Below are positions 1 through 8,573 of a DNA stretch of 64,000 bases, piece by piece. The notes under the pieces are model-generated. The model did no database searches and was not told where the DNA came from. It worked only from the letters and a program-made list of their open reading frames with translations. Made by a program: the position numbers and the translations under genes. The stretch's first letter is position 1, and every line of letters starts with the position of its first letter. The stretch spans positions 4,325 to 68,324 of the forward strand of contig JAIUOK010000020.1 in the NCBI GenBank assembly GCA_020161245.1, read 5' to 3'. The DNA comes from Actinomycetota bacterium (lineage in GTDB: Bacteria; Actinomycetota; Actinomycetes; S36-B12; CAIYMF01).

Positions 1-24
1 GTCAGAGCTGTGTCAGGACCGGCG

Positions 25-1590
25 TCAGCCGGCCTTGCAGACGGTGCCCTCGGCGGGCGGGGTGCCGTCGAGCAGGTAGGTGTTGATCGCGCGGTCGGTG
101 CACGACGAGCCCATGCCGTAGCCGGTGTGGCCGTCGCCGACGCGGGTGAGCAGCACGCCGCCCTCGAGCTGCTTGGCGAGGCTCTGCGCCCAGGGGTACG
201 GCGTCGCCGGGTCGTAGGTGGTGCCCACGACGAGGATCGGCCCCGTGCCGGGCGCCTTGATGGCGTGCGGCTCGTCGGTCGGCTCGACCGGCCAGTAGTC
301 GAAGACGAGGTTGCCCCAGGCGAGCACCGGTCCGAAGACCGGAGCCTCCTTGCCCCACTCCTGCGCCAGCTTCGCCGACTGCTCCGGGGTCGCGGAGTCG
401 CCGCGGTCTGCGGCGCTGATGGTGAGGAACGAGGAGAACGGGTTGTTCTTGTACTTCCCGTCGTCGCTGCGCTCCATGCGCGCATCGAGCATCGACAGCA
501 GCACCGAGCCGTCGCCCTCGAAGGCCATCTCGAGGCCGAAGCGAAGCTGCTCCCAATCGGTCGGCGGGAAGTACAGGTACGAGAGCACCGACTGGATGCC
601 GAGGGCCTGCGTCAGCGGGCGGGCCGGGTCGCCGGTGCCGATCGGCTTCGTGTCGAGCCCGGCGAAGAACTGCTGGATCCGGGCGACGCCGGCCTGCACG
701 CTGTCGCGGGGCAGCGGGCAGTCGGACTGCTTCTGGCAGTCCTCGACGAACCGGTTGAGCGCGAGCTCGAAGCCCTTGGCCTGGCCGTGGGCGAGCTCCT
801 CGTTGGTCAGCGTCGGGTCCATGGCGCCGTCGAGCACCATGCGCCCGACGTTCTGCGGGAACAGGTCGGCGTAGGTCGCGCCGAGGAACGTGCCGTAGGA
901 GGCGCCCAGCCAGTTGAGCTTCTCGTCGCCGAGCGCCTGGCGCAGGACGTCGATGTCGCGGGCGGCGTCGCGCGTGCCGACGTGGGCGAGCAGCGCCGCG
1001 CTGTTCTTCTGGCAGGCCTCGACGAACTGCTTCGTGGAGTCCTCGAGGGCGGTGACCTCGGCGTCGTCGTCCGGCGTGCCGTCGACGGCGAGGAACGCGT
1101 CGGTCTGCTTGTCGTCGAGGCAGGTGATCTTCTCCGACTCGCCGACGCCGCGAGGGTCGAAGCCGACGATGTCGTAACGCGCCCGGATGGAGTCGTCGAA
1201 GATGAAGCGGGCCGCGCGGGCGTACTCGATCCCGGAGCCGCCGGGGCCGCCCGGGTTGATCACCAGCGAGCCGATGCGGTCGTCGCCGGACGCCGGCAAC
1301 TTGATGACCGCGACCTTGATGGTCTGTCCCGAGGGGTCGCTGTAGTCGAGCGGCACATCGAGGTCGGCGCACTCGAAGCTGCCGCCGCACTTCTTCCACG
1401 CGAGCTTCTGCGCGTAGAAGCCCTCCAGGCCGGCCGCGCCGGTGCTGCCCGAGGTGCTCGGCGACGCGGACGACGTCGTGGTGGGCGATGCCGTGCTGCC
1501 CGGGTCCGGCGAGCTGGAGCAGCCCGCGAGGACGACGGCGGAGAGCAGGGCCGCGGAGCCGGCGATCAGGCGGGTCTTGCGGGTGGGCAC
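25..1590 (-). CDS. Secreted lipoprotein tripeptidyl-peptidase-like alpha/beta hydrolase (TAP-like; SlpD/Hip1 family)
   Basis: GTG start re-called at 1590; signal peptide with lipobox LAGC; NPGGPGGSG, GFDPRGVG, nucleophile GASYGT, C-terminal GDGH. Confidence 0.88.
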   Translation of the reverse strand: MPTRKTRLIAGSAALLSAVVLAGCSSSPDPGSTASPTTTSSASPSTSGSTGAAGLEGFYAQKLAWKKCGGSFECADLDVPLDYSDPSGQTIKVAVIKLPASGDDRIGSLVINPGGPGGSGIEYARAARFIFDDSIRARYDIVGFDPRGVGESEKITCLDDKQTDAFLAVDGTPDDDAEVTALEDSTKQFVEACQKNSAALLAHVGTRDAARDIDVLRQALGDEKLNWLGASYGTFLGATYADLFPQNVGRMVLDGAMDPTLTNEELAHGQAKGFELALNRFVEDCQKQSDCPLPRDSVQAGVARIQQFFAGLDTKPIGTGDPARPLTQALGIQSVLSYLYFPPTDWEQLRFGLEMAFEGDGSVLLSMLDARMERSDDGKYKNNPFSSFLTISAADRGDSATPEQSAKLAQEWGKEAPVFGPVLAWGNLVFDYWPVEPTDEPHAIKAPGTGPILVVGTTYDPATPYPWAQSLAKQLEGGVLLTRVGDGHTGYGMGSSCTDRAINTYLLDGTPPAEGTVCKAG

Positions 1591-1718
1591 GAGCGGGCTC
1601 CGAACGGCAGGCGGGCGTGACAGGGCAACCCTCTCAGGGTCCACGGGTGGGACGCCCCGCGACGTCCGCTAGTTCCGTCCCGCACCGCCGCTCACGCAGC
1701 GTCACCCGCACAGGCGCC

Positions 1719-2579
1719 CTAGCGGAACCCTGCGAGGCCCAGCACGGCGGCCACGACCGCCTCCGGCTCCTCGTCGGGGATCCAGTGGCCGCGGCCGTTG
1801 AGCACCACCAGCGAGTACGGCCCGGTGCACCACTCGCCGCTGCCTCGTGCGGCCTGGGCTCCGATCGCGACGTCGTCGGCGCCCCAGACGAACGTCGTCG
1901 GCACCGCGACGGGACCGACGTCCTTGAAGTGCTCGCCGTCCATCGCGGCGTACCAGCGCAGGGCGGCCTCCATGGCGCCCTCGTCGGCGAACCGCTCGAC
2001 GTAGCGCTGGACGTCGTCGGGGTGGACGGCGTCGCCGTAGACCTCGCGCAGCCGCTTGCCGCCGTCGGCCATGAGCACCTTCGCCGCCTTGCCGGGCGCG
2101 GTGCGGAACAGGGCCATGTAGGCCGACTTCTTCCACTGCACGGGGTCGCTCTTGAGCGCCCTGTTGAACGCCTGCGGGTGCGGCACGGACACCGCGGTGA
2201 GGCTGCGGACCCGCTCGGGGTGCTGCGCGGCGAGCGCCCACGCCACCACCGCGCCCCAGTCGTGGCCGACCACGTGGGCGGACTCCCAGCCCACCGCCTC
2301 GATCATGCCGACGGCGTCGCGCACGACGCCGGGCAGCTCGTAGGCCGCGACGTCGTCGGGCCGCGCCCCGGGCGAGTAGCCGCGCTGGTCGGGCGCCAGG
2401 CAGCGCATCCCCGACTCGGCGAGGGGCGGGATCACCCGCGACCACTCCAGCGACGACTGCGGCCAGCCGTGCAGCAGCAGCACGGGCTCGCCGTCGTCCG
2501 GGCCGGCCACGACGGCGTCGAGCACGATCTCGCCCAGCACGGGGTCGTCGAGGATCAGCTCGGCGCTCTCGGACGGCAT
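1719..2579 (-). CDS. Alpha/beta fold hydrolase (epoxide hydrolase-like)
   Basis: HGWP oxyanion motif, PDQRGY, GHDWG nucleophile, GH..P near C-terminus; -10 TAGGGT 6 nt before ATG. Confidence 0.88.
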   Translation of the reverse strand: MPSESAELILDDPVLGEIVLDAVVAGPDDGEPVLLLHGWPQSSLEWSRVIPPLAESGMRCLAPDQRGYSPGARPDDVAAYELPGVVRDAVGMIEAVGWESAHVVGHDWGAVVAWALAAQHPERVRSLTAVSVPHPQAFNRALKSDPVQWKKSAYMALFRTAPGKAAKVLMADGGKRLREVYGDAVHPDDVQRYVERFADEGAMEAALRWYAAMDGEHFKDVGPVAVPTTFVWGADDVAIGAQAARGSGEWCTGPYSLVVLNGRGHWIPDEEPEAVVAAVLGLAGFR

Positions 2580-2667
2580 GGCGCCACCCTAGGCGGACTC
2601 GTTGGGCCCGGCCCCGGGTCTGGCGCAACGGTTGGATGGCGGAGCGGGAGCGGCTTACCGTGGTGCC

Positions 2668-3495
2668 GTGGGAACCGACGTCGCCAGGCTCGCGGAGCGC
2701 GTGACCGCGCTCGTCGAGCAGGGCCTCGACGTCGCGGAGGCCTACGCCGCCGCCAAGGGCTCCGGCACCAAGGCCACCCGCGAGCACGCCAAGGCCATGG
2801 AGAAGCACGCCAAGGCCGTGCGCCGCCACCAGCAGCGCGTGCAGTCCGCGCGCACCCGCTCGGTGACGCTCGGCGCGGTCTCGGCCAGCACCGGCGCGCT
2901 CGGCCTCGTCGACGCCGCCACGATGGGCCTGGCGCAGGGCGGCGCCCTTCCGATGCCCGCGTGGGCCTGGCTGATCGCGTCTGCGGTCACCGGCGTCATC
3001 GCCGTCAGGTCGCGCTACGACGCGCGCCACGCCGTCGCCCCGGAGCCGCCCGCGCTCACGGCCGTCAGCCGTCCCACCGACCTGCGCCGCGACGCGATCG
3101 GCTACGACGAGTCGCAGGCGCTCTACGCCGTCCGGCGCCAGCTGATCGCGATGGTGCCCGCCGTCGCCGCGCTGCACCCCGATGCGGGCAAGGAGCTGCG
3201 CGCGGCCGACGACGAGGCCGCTCCGGCGTTCACCGCGCAGGTGGCGCGCCTCGCCGTGCTCGACCAGGTGCGCCGCGAGCTGCCCGGATCCACCGCGGCC
3301 ACGGCGGCGACCGACTCGGCCCAGCAGGTGCAGGCCCGGCTCGCCGACGGCGTCGCCGTCTACGACCGCCTGCTCGCAGCAGCGTCGACGATGCTGGCCA
3401 GCCCCGACCTCGGCCGCAAGGCCGACGACGTCCTCGGCCCCGCCGCCGACGCCCTCACCGCCTACGCCGACGGCCTCCGCACCGCCGCCGGCTGA
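2668..3495 (+). CDS. Membrane protein resembling PspM (Rv2743c-like phage-shock envelope protein)
   Basis: Two hydrophobic segments then helical C-terminal domain ending L..GV..Y..L..AA; GTG at 2668 has TACCGT 6 nt upstream; family call from recalled similarity. Confidence 0.5.
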   Translation: MGTDVARLAERVTALVEQGLDVAEAYAAAKGSGTKATREHAKAMEKHAKAVRRHQQRVQSARTRSVTLGAVSASTGALGLVDAATMGLAQGGALPMPAWAWLIASAVTGVIAVRSRYDARHAVAPEPPALTAVSRPTDLRRDAIGYDESQALYAVRRQLIAMVPAVAALHPDAGKELRAADDEAAPAFTAQVARLAVLDQVRRELPGSTAATAATDSAQQVQARLADGVAVYDRLLAAASTMLASPDLGRKADDVLGPAADALTAYADGLRTAAG

Positions 3496-3507
3496 CCCGC
3501 TCCGGAC

Positions 3508-3571
3508 GCGTGTAACAGCCCGACGTGGGGCAAACCGGCGGCGGTCTGGCCCAGTTCGGGCTGTTACATGC
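3508..3571. repeat. 64-bp imperfect palindrome (REP-like or bidirectional terminator)
   Basis: GCGTGTAACAGCCCGA...TCGGGCTGTTACATGC arms between two convergent genes. Confidence 0.7.
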
Positions 3572-3666
3572 GGACCCCTGGGCGCGGGCGGTCGACGGGG
3601 GGAGGCCGGCCGCCCGCGCGCTGGCGGGCCTCGCGTCCGGGGCGTGCCCTGCGGACGCGGCGGCCC

Positions 3667-4842
3667 TCAGGGGTCGAGCCGGTAGAAGCGCCAGCGGCCG
3701 AATCCCTCGACAGGCAGGGGATCGCAGGCCGAGAAGCCCGCACGGGCGGCGTAGGTCTCCAGCGTCGGACGCCGCATCACCGTGCCGGTGGCCTCCGACC
3801 CCGGATGCGCGAGCGCGTCCGGGAGGCTGAGCATCAGGCTGAGGCCGTAGGAGAACCGCTCGACGTCGTCGCCCGGGGCGCTGAAGCGGTCGGCCACGCG
3901 CTCGTCCATGACGACGACGCAGCCGCCGGGCCGCAGCGCGCGACGCGCGGCCGCGAGCACCTCGACCGGGTGCGGCAGGTCGTGCAGCGCCTCGAAGGCC
4001 ATGACGACGTCGAAGCGCCCGGCCGGCAGCTCCGCGGCGTCGGCCACGGTGAAGGTGACGCGCGGCTCGAGCCGGCGGCCGCGGACGAGCTCGCGGGCGC
4101 GCTCGACCGTGCCCGCGTGGATGTCGAAGCCCTGCACCTGCGCCTCGGGGTAGGCGTCGGCGAGCGCGACCGACGACCAGCCGGCGCCGCAGCCGATGTC
4201 GGCGATCATCGCGCCGGGACGCGACAGCAGCGCGTGCAGGCCGGGCAGCCCTTCGAGCGCCTCGGCCAGCCGCTGCTCGTACCAGGGGCGGTTCAGCGAC
4301 GCCTGGCACTCGCGGGCCAGCGCCTGGTGCTCGTCGCGGTCGACGCCGCCGCCGCGACGGCACGCCTCGACGACGTCGGCCATCCGACCGGCGGCCGCCG
4401 CCATCAGCGACGACAGCGGGGCCGAGAAGGCCGTGCCGTCCGGGTCGAGCAGCGCGCGGGCGGTCGACGGCGGCAGCGCGTAGCGGCGGGTCTGCGTGGG
4501 CGTCTCGACGACGTCGAGCAGACCGGTGATCGCCTGCTGCTCGCACCACTCGCGGCACATCCGCGCATCGGTGCCGGTACGACGGGCGAGCATCTCCGAC
4601 GTCGACGGCCCCTGCTCGGCCAGGCACGCGTACCAGCCGAGCTGGTCGCCGAGGTAGACCGCGCACAGGTCGAGCGCGCCGAGCAGGGCCGACTGCAGCC
4701 GCTCGGCGACGGCGTCCGGGCCCGGGCGCGGGTCGGGCACGACGGAGACGGAGTCCCCCACGGCCGCACGGAGATCGACGGTGTCACGGCTGCCGGCCGG
4801 CGCGTCGATGCGCCCGCCGGTCGTCGCCTCGCTGATGGTCAC
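3667..4842 (-). CDS. Class I SAM-dependent methyltransferase with N-terminal winged-helix-like region
   Basis: ADIGCGAGWS SAM motif, GFDI, FDVV..FEALHD, LRPGG; GTG 4842 follows AGGAGG SD. Confidence 0.85.
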   Translation of the reverse strand: MTISEATTGGRIDAPAGSRDTVDLRAAVGDSVSVVPDPRPGPDAVAERLQSALLGALDLCAVYLGDQLGWYACLAEQGPSTSEMLARRTGTDARMCREWCEQQAITGLLDVVETPTQTRRYALPPSTARALLDPDGTAFSAPLSSLMAAAAGRMADVVEACRRGGGVDRDEHQALARECQASLNRPWYEQRLAEALEGLPGLHALLSRPGAMIADIGCGAGWSSVALADAYPEAQVQGFDIHAGTVERARELVRGRRLEPRVTFTVADAAELPAGRFDVVMAFEALHDLPHPVEVLAAARRALRPGGCVVVMDERVADRFSAPGDDVERFSYGLSLMLSLPDALAHPGSEATGTVMRRPTLETYAARAGFSACDPLPVEGFGRWRFYRLDP

Positions 4843-4983
4843 GGCCCCTCCTGGGTAGAGCCGCCCTGGTACCTCGACCTTCCTCCCCCGACGAGCCAGG
4901 GGCAATGGCCACTCCTGGCCAGCCCGTGGGGGTGGTGCACTCAGCGAGCATCGGCGTCCGCTCAGTGCTAGGGCGCGATGCGC

Positions 4984-5652
4984 TCAGCCGTGCGGACCGT
5001 CGAGCGGAGTGGCTCCCCCGGCCCGGAGGATCCAGGCGCCGTCGGTCGTCACCACAGCGACGTCGCCCGGCCCGGGGTTGCGGATCTCGCCGTCGACCAC
5101 CGCGACCCCGCCGTCCTCCGGCAGCCCCAGCACGGTGAGCCCCGTCGTCCCGGCCCGCTCCTGCAGCTCGGGGAGGTCGGCCGGCGAGTAGTGCGGCCGC
5201 AGCACGAGCCCGGGCAGCAGGCGCAGGCCGGTGGTGTCGGTGAGGCCGACGTCGTTGGGGTCGGCGAACCGCGCGACGTCGATGTCGGCGCCGGTGATCA
5301 CCGCCCCCGCGCTGCTGCCGAAGTAGGCCCCGCCGTCACGCACCCACTGCGCGACCGGATCGGCCCAGCCCGTGCGGCGGATGTGGTCGAGCAGCGCGTA
5401 GGTGTTGCCGCCGCCGACCAGCAGCACGTCGGCGGCGTCGAGCTCGCCCGGCGCGTGCTCGGCCAGATCGCGCCAGAGCACGACGTCGACGTCGTCGGGC
5501 AGCGACCGCTGGTACCAGCGCAGCCCCTCGTCGTACGCCGACGGCTCGAGCGCGAACGGCCAGTAGACGCAGCGGATCCCCGGCCGCACCCACTCCTGCC
5601 ACAGCAGCGCCTCGTCGTCGGCGCTGCCGCCCCCGCCCAGGTAGAGCCTCAT
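4984..5652 (-). CDS. Peptidase S51 / dipeptidase E-like (class I glutamine amidotransferase-like)
   Basis: VGGGNT, G.SAGA nucleophile, PHY motif. Confidence 0.8.
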   Translation of the reverse strand: MRLYLGGGGSADDEALLWQEWVRPGIRCVYWPFALEPSAYDEGLRWYQRSLPDDVDVVLWRDLAEHAPGELDAADVLLVGGGNTYALLDHIRRTGWADPVAQWVRDGGAYFGSSAGAVITGADIDVARFADPNDVGLTDTTGLRLLPGLVLRPHYSPADLPELQERAGTTGLTVLGLPEDGGVAVVDGEIRNPGPGDVAVVTTDGAWILRAGGATPLDGPHG

Positions 5653-5758
5653 GGCGACATCCTGCCCGCGATCACGCCGTCCCGGGTCGCCCGGACGGGC
5701 TCGCTTTGGATGGGTGAGCGCCGGCTATGGGCGTCGCTCACGCATCCAGAGCGGGTCC

Positions 5759-6946
5759 TTACTGGGCCAGGGAGGGGTCGCGCAGGGAGACGGTGAGCGA
5801 CTCGACGGCGAGGAGGGGTGCGACGTTGGCCTCGAGGAGGTGGCGGGTGCGCTCGAGGGCGTCGACGCGGCGCAGCGTGTCCTCGGGCGAGGAGTCGGCG
5901 GCGACGCGCTCGACCTGCGGGCGCATCTCGTCGTTGACCAGCGGCGACGCCGCGCCGAGCTGGACGACGAGCACGTCGCGGTAGAACGCGATGAGGTCGA
6001 CGATCGCGCGGTCGAGCTGGTCGCGGACGACCCGGCGTCGACGCCGCTTCTGCCTGTCCTCCAAGGCTTTGAGCGCCCCCTTGGCCCGGCGCTCGACCGT
6101 GCCGATGCCCCTGCCCTCCGAGCCCTCGCCGTACGCCGCCCGCAGCGCGGCCATCTCCTGCTCGTCGAGCGGGTCGCAGATCGACGACGCATCGTCGTTG
6201 ACCGTCGCGACGAGGTCGGCCGCCAGCGCGAGGCACGAGCCGATGTCGCGCAGCTGCGACGGGATGCGCAGCACCTCCTGGCGGCGCAGGCGGGCGTCCT
6301 CGTCCGTGGCGAGCGCGCGGGCGCGGCCGATGTGCCCCTGCGCGGCGCGGGCGGCGAACGACGCCATGGCGGGCTCGACGCCGAGGGCGTCGACGAGCGC
6401 CTGGGCGACCTCGGCCGTGGTCGGCGTCGCGAGCATGAGATGGCGGCAGCGCGAGCGGATCGTCGACAGGACGTCCTCGGTCGACGGCGCGCACAGGATC
6501 CACACCGTGCCCGGGGTGGGCTCCTCGATCGACTTGAGCAAGGTGTTGGCCGACTCGGCGTTGAGCCGGTCGGCGTCCTCGAGGACGAAGACGTGCCAGG
6601 GCGACCGCGACGGCGAGATCGCGGCACGGCGCACGAGCTCACGGGTCTCGTCGACGGCATAGGTGACCGACTCGGGCACGACGTGCTCGACGTCGACATG
6701 CGCGGAATGCCGCACTGCCACGCACTCCTGGCAGACGCCGCACCCGCCCTGCGGGCACACGAGCGCCGCAGCGAACGCGAGCGCGGCGGTGCTGCGGCCC
6801 GATCCGGGCGGGCCGGTGATGAGCCAGGCGTGGGTCATCGCCTGCGCGCGCTGGCCGGCGCGGACGGACGGCGCCTCCGCGGCGGCCGCACGCAGCAGCG
6901 CGACGGCGTGGTCCTGCCCGACGAGCTGGGAGAAGACGTCGCTCAC
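5759..6946 (-). CDS. holB: DNA polymerase III subunit delta'
   Basis: HAWLITGPPGSGRS, CxxxGCGxCxxC zinc motif, EDADRL, LLKSIEEP, TIRSRC; GTGA overlap with tmk. Confidence 0.92.
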   Translation of the reverse strand: MSDVFSQLVGQDHAVALLRAAAAEAPSVRAGQRAQAMTHAWLITGPPGSGRSTAALAFAAALVCPQGGCGVCQECVAVRHSAHVDVEHVVPESVTYAVDETRELVRRAAISPSRSPWHVFVLEDADRLNAESANTLLKSIEEPTPGTVWILCAPSTEDVLSTIRSRCRHLMLATPTTAEVAQALVDALGVEPAMASFAARAAQGHIGRARALATDEDARLRRQEVLRIPSQLRDIGSCLALAADLVATVNDDASSICDPLDEQEMAALRAAYGEGSEGRGIGTVERRAKGALKALEDRQKRRRRRVVRDQLDRAIVDLIAFYRDVLVVQLGAASPLVNDEMRPQVERVAADSSPEDTLRRVDALERTRHLLEANVAPLLAVESLTVSLRDPSLAQ

Positions 6947-7674
6947 GTCGCGGCCCCCGGCTCGGACTGATCGTGCGGGGGTGCAGCAGCGCTGGAGACC
7001 GCCACAGGATCAGTCTGGGCGGTGGGCGCTCTGTCGAGCAGCTGCTCGACCCGCGCGAGGACCTGCGCTGCGATGGCGTCGCGGTCGCCGGACGCCGGGA
7101 TCACCAGGTAGCGCTGCGGGTCGCGCGCGGCGAGGTCGCGGAAGGCCTGCACCACGACGGCGTGGAAGCTCTCGGGCTCGTCCTCGAGCCGGTTGGGGTC
7201 GGTGACGCGCGCGAGCCCGTGGCCGGCGTCGACGTCGAGCACCACGGTGAGATCCGGCAGCAGGTCGCGGGTGGCCCAGAGGTTGAGCTCCTCGACGACC
7301 TCGAGCCCGAGCCCGCGGGCCACGCCCTGGTAGGCGATCGAGGAGTCGAGGTAGCGGTCGGTGATGACGACGGCCCCGCGCTGCAGAGCCGGTCGCACCA
7401 GCCGCGCCACGTGCTCCCCGCGCGACGCCGCGAACAGCAGCGCCTCGGCGCGGGGGTCGAGGCCGGTGTGGGCGGGGTCGAGCACGACGTCGCGGATCGC
7501 CTCGGCCGCCGACGTGCCTCCGGGCTCGCGGGTGAGCACCACCTCGCGCCCGGACGCCCGCAGCGCCTCGGCCAGTGCCCGGGCCTGCGTGGACTTGCCG
7601 GCGCCGTCGCCGCCCTCGAACGCCACGAACACCCCGGGCAGGGGCCCGCCGGCGGCGTCGGGGGTCTCGGTCAC
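6943..7674 (-). CDS. tmk: Thymidylate kinase
   Basis: FEGGDGAGKSTQ P-loop, TREPGG, DRYLDSSIAYQG. Confidence 0.95.
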   Translation of the reverse strand: MTETPDAAGGPLPGVFVAFEGGDGAGKSTQARALAEALRASGREVVLTREPGGTSAAEAIRDVVLDPAHTGLDPRAEALLFAASRGEHVARLVRPALQRGAVVITDRYLDSSIAYQGVARGLGLEVVEELNLWATRDLLPDLTVVLDVDAGHGLARVTDPNRLEDEPESFHAVVVQAFRDLAARDPQRYLVIPASGDRDAIAAQVLARVEQLLDRAPTAQTDPVAVSSAAAPPHDQSEPGAAT

Positions 7675-7743
7675 GCGCCGACCCTACGACGCCGCTCCCA
7701 CGCCGCCGTCCCCGGAGCCCGTCCCGCTCCGCCCCTGCGTGCG

Positions 7744-7805
7744 CGAGTAACTGGCGTTGCTATCGGTCTCGGGGCCCCGGAACCGATAACAACGCCAGTT
7801 ACTCG
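7744..7805. repeat. 62-bp palindromic dispersed repeat, copy 1 (family shared with 41807-41870)
   Basis: CGAGTAACTGGCGTTG-c-TATCGGT...ACCGATA-a-CAACGCCAGTTACTCG; near-perfect 24-bp stem. Confidence 0.85.
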
Positions 7806-7812
7806 AGGGGCC

Positions 7813-8451
7813 TCAGGGGCCGATGCGGCGGGCGGCCGAGGCCGAGCCGAGCCAGGTGTGCGGGTTGCGGTCCCAGCACCAGCCGAGGCGCGGCGCGCCG
7901 TACGACATCCACAGCGCCGGCACGCGCTGATCGGCGCGCCGGCTGGCCAGCAGGCTGAACGCCGTCCGCGCCACGAGCGCATCGGGCACCTGGAGCAGCG
8001 TGCTCACGCCCTCGTCGATCGTGAGCGGGGTGCGCCCGTCGGCGGTGATCGCCACCAGCGCGTCCTCGGGCCGCACGTCGCGGTAGCGCGCGCCGAGGTC
8101 GACGTCGACGAGCAGGTACGCCGGGCCGGGCACGTCCACCAGCGCGATCGGCGCGAAGTCCTCCGGCTGAAGCGGGTTCATGTCGACCCTGCCCGCCTTG
8201 CCCCGGGCGACCACCCGCTCCATCGCGGTGCCGGTCGCGAGGGCGCCCGACGTCACCACGGCCACGACCGGGAGCCGGTCGGCGTCGTGATCGCCGCCCT
8301 CCTCGGCCTCGGCCACGGGCCGGAGCCCCTCGAGGGTGGCGAGAGCGGCGGGGTCGAGCACGCCCTCGGCCGCGAGGGCGGCGAGGTGCTCGAGCTGGAC
8401 GGCGTACGACGGGGCGGGCGAGGCGACGACGGGCGTGCGGGGCACAGGCAT
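7813..8451 (-). CDS. DUF5701-like hypothetical protein
   Basis: RTPLTIDEG, RVPALW, LGWCWDRNPHTWLGSAS C-terminal signature; start re-called at ATG 8451. Confidence 0.65.
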   Translation of the reverse strand: MPVPRTPVVASPAPSYAVQLEHLAALAAEGVLDPAALATLEGLRPVAEAEEGGDHDADRLPVVAVVTSGALATGTAMERVVARGKAGRVDMNPLQPEDFAPIALVDVPGPAYLLVDVDLGARYRDVRPEDALVAITADGRTPLTIDEGVSTLLQVPDALVARTAFSLLASRRADQRVPALWMSYGAPRLGWCWDRNPHTWLGSASAARRIGP

Positions 8452-8528
8452 CTCCGGGGGGTCGGCGGCGGGACCCTCCCAACGCCCGGCCCCCGCCGGA
8501 TGTTCCCGAGCGGCAGGACCCGGGCAGC

Positions 8529-8563
8529 GCCGAGCCCGGACCCGCGCGGGGTCCGGGCTCGGC
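8529..8563 (-). terminator. Hairpin downstream of topA
   Basis: Perfect 15-bp stem GCCGAGCCCGGACCC / GGGTCCGGGCTCGGC with 5-nt loop, 10 nt after the topA stop. Confidence 0.65.
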
Positions 8564-8573
8564 ACCGGGTCGA

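Noticed and set aside
4843-4873. CCTGGGTAG...GGTACC shared between the methyltransferase upstream region and the small-ORF upstream region (15337-15354)
   Set aside because: A 9-bp match with different spacing, partly overlapping the SD, is too weak to claim co-regulation.
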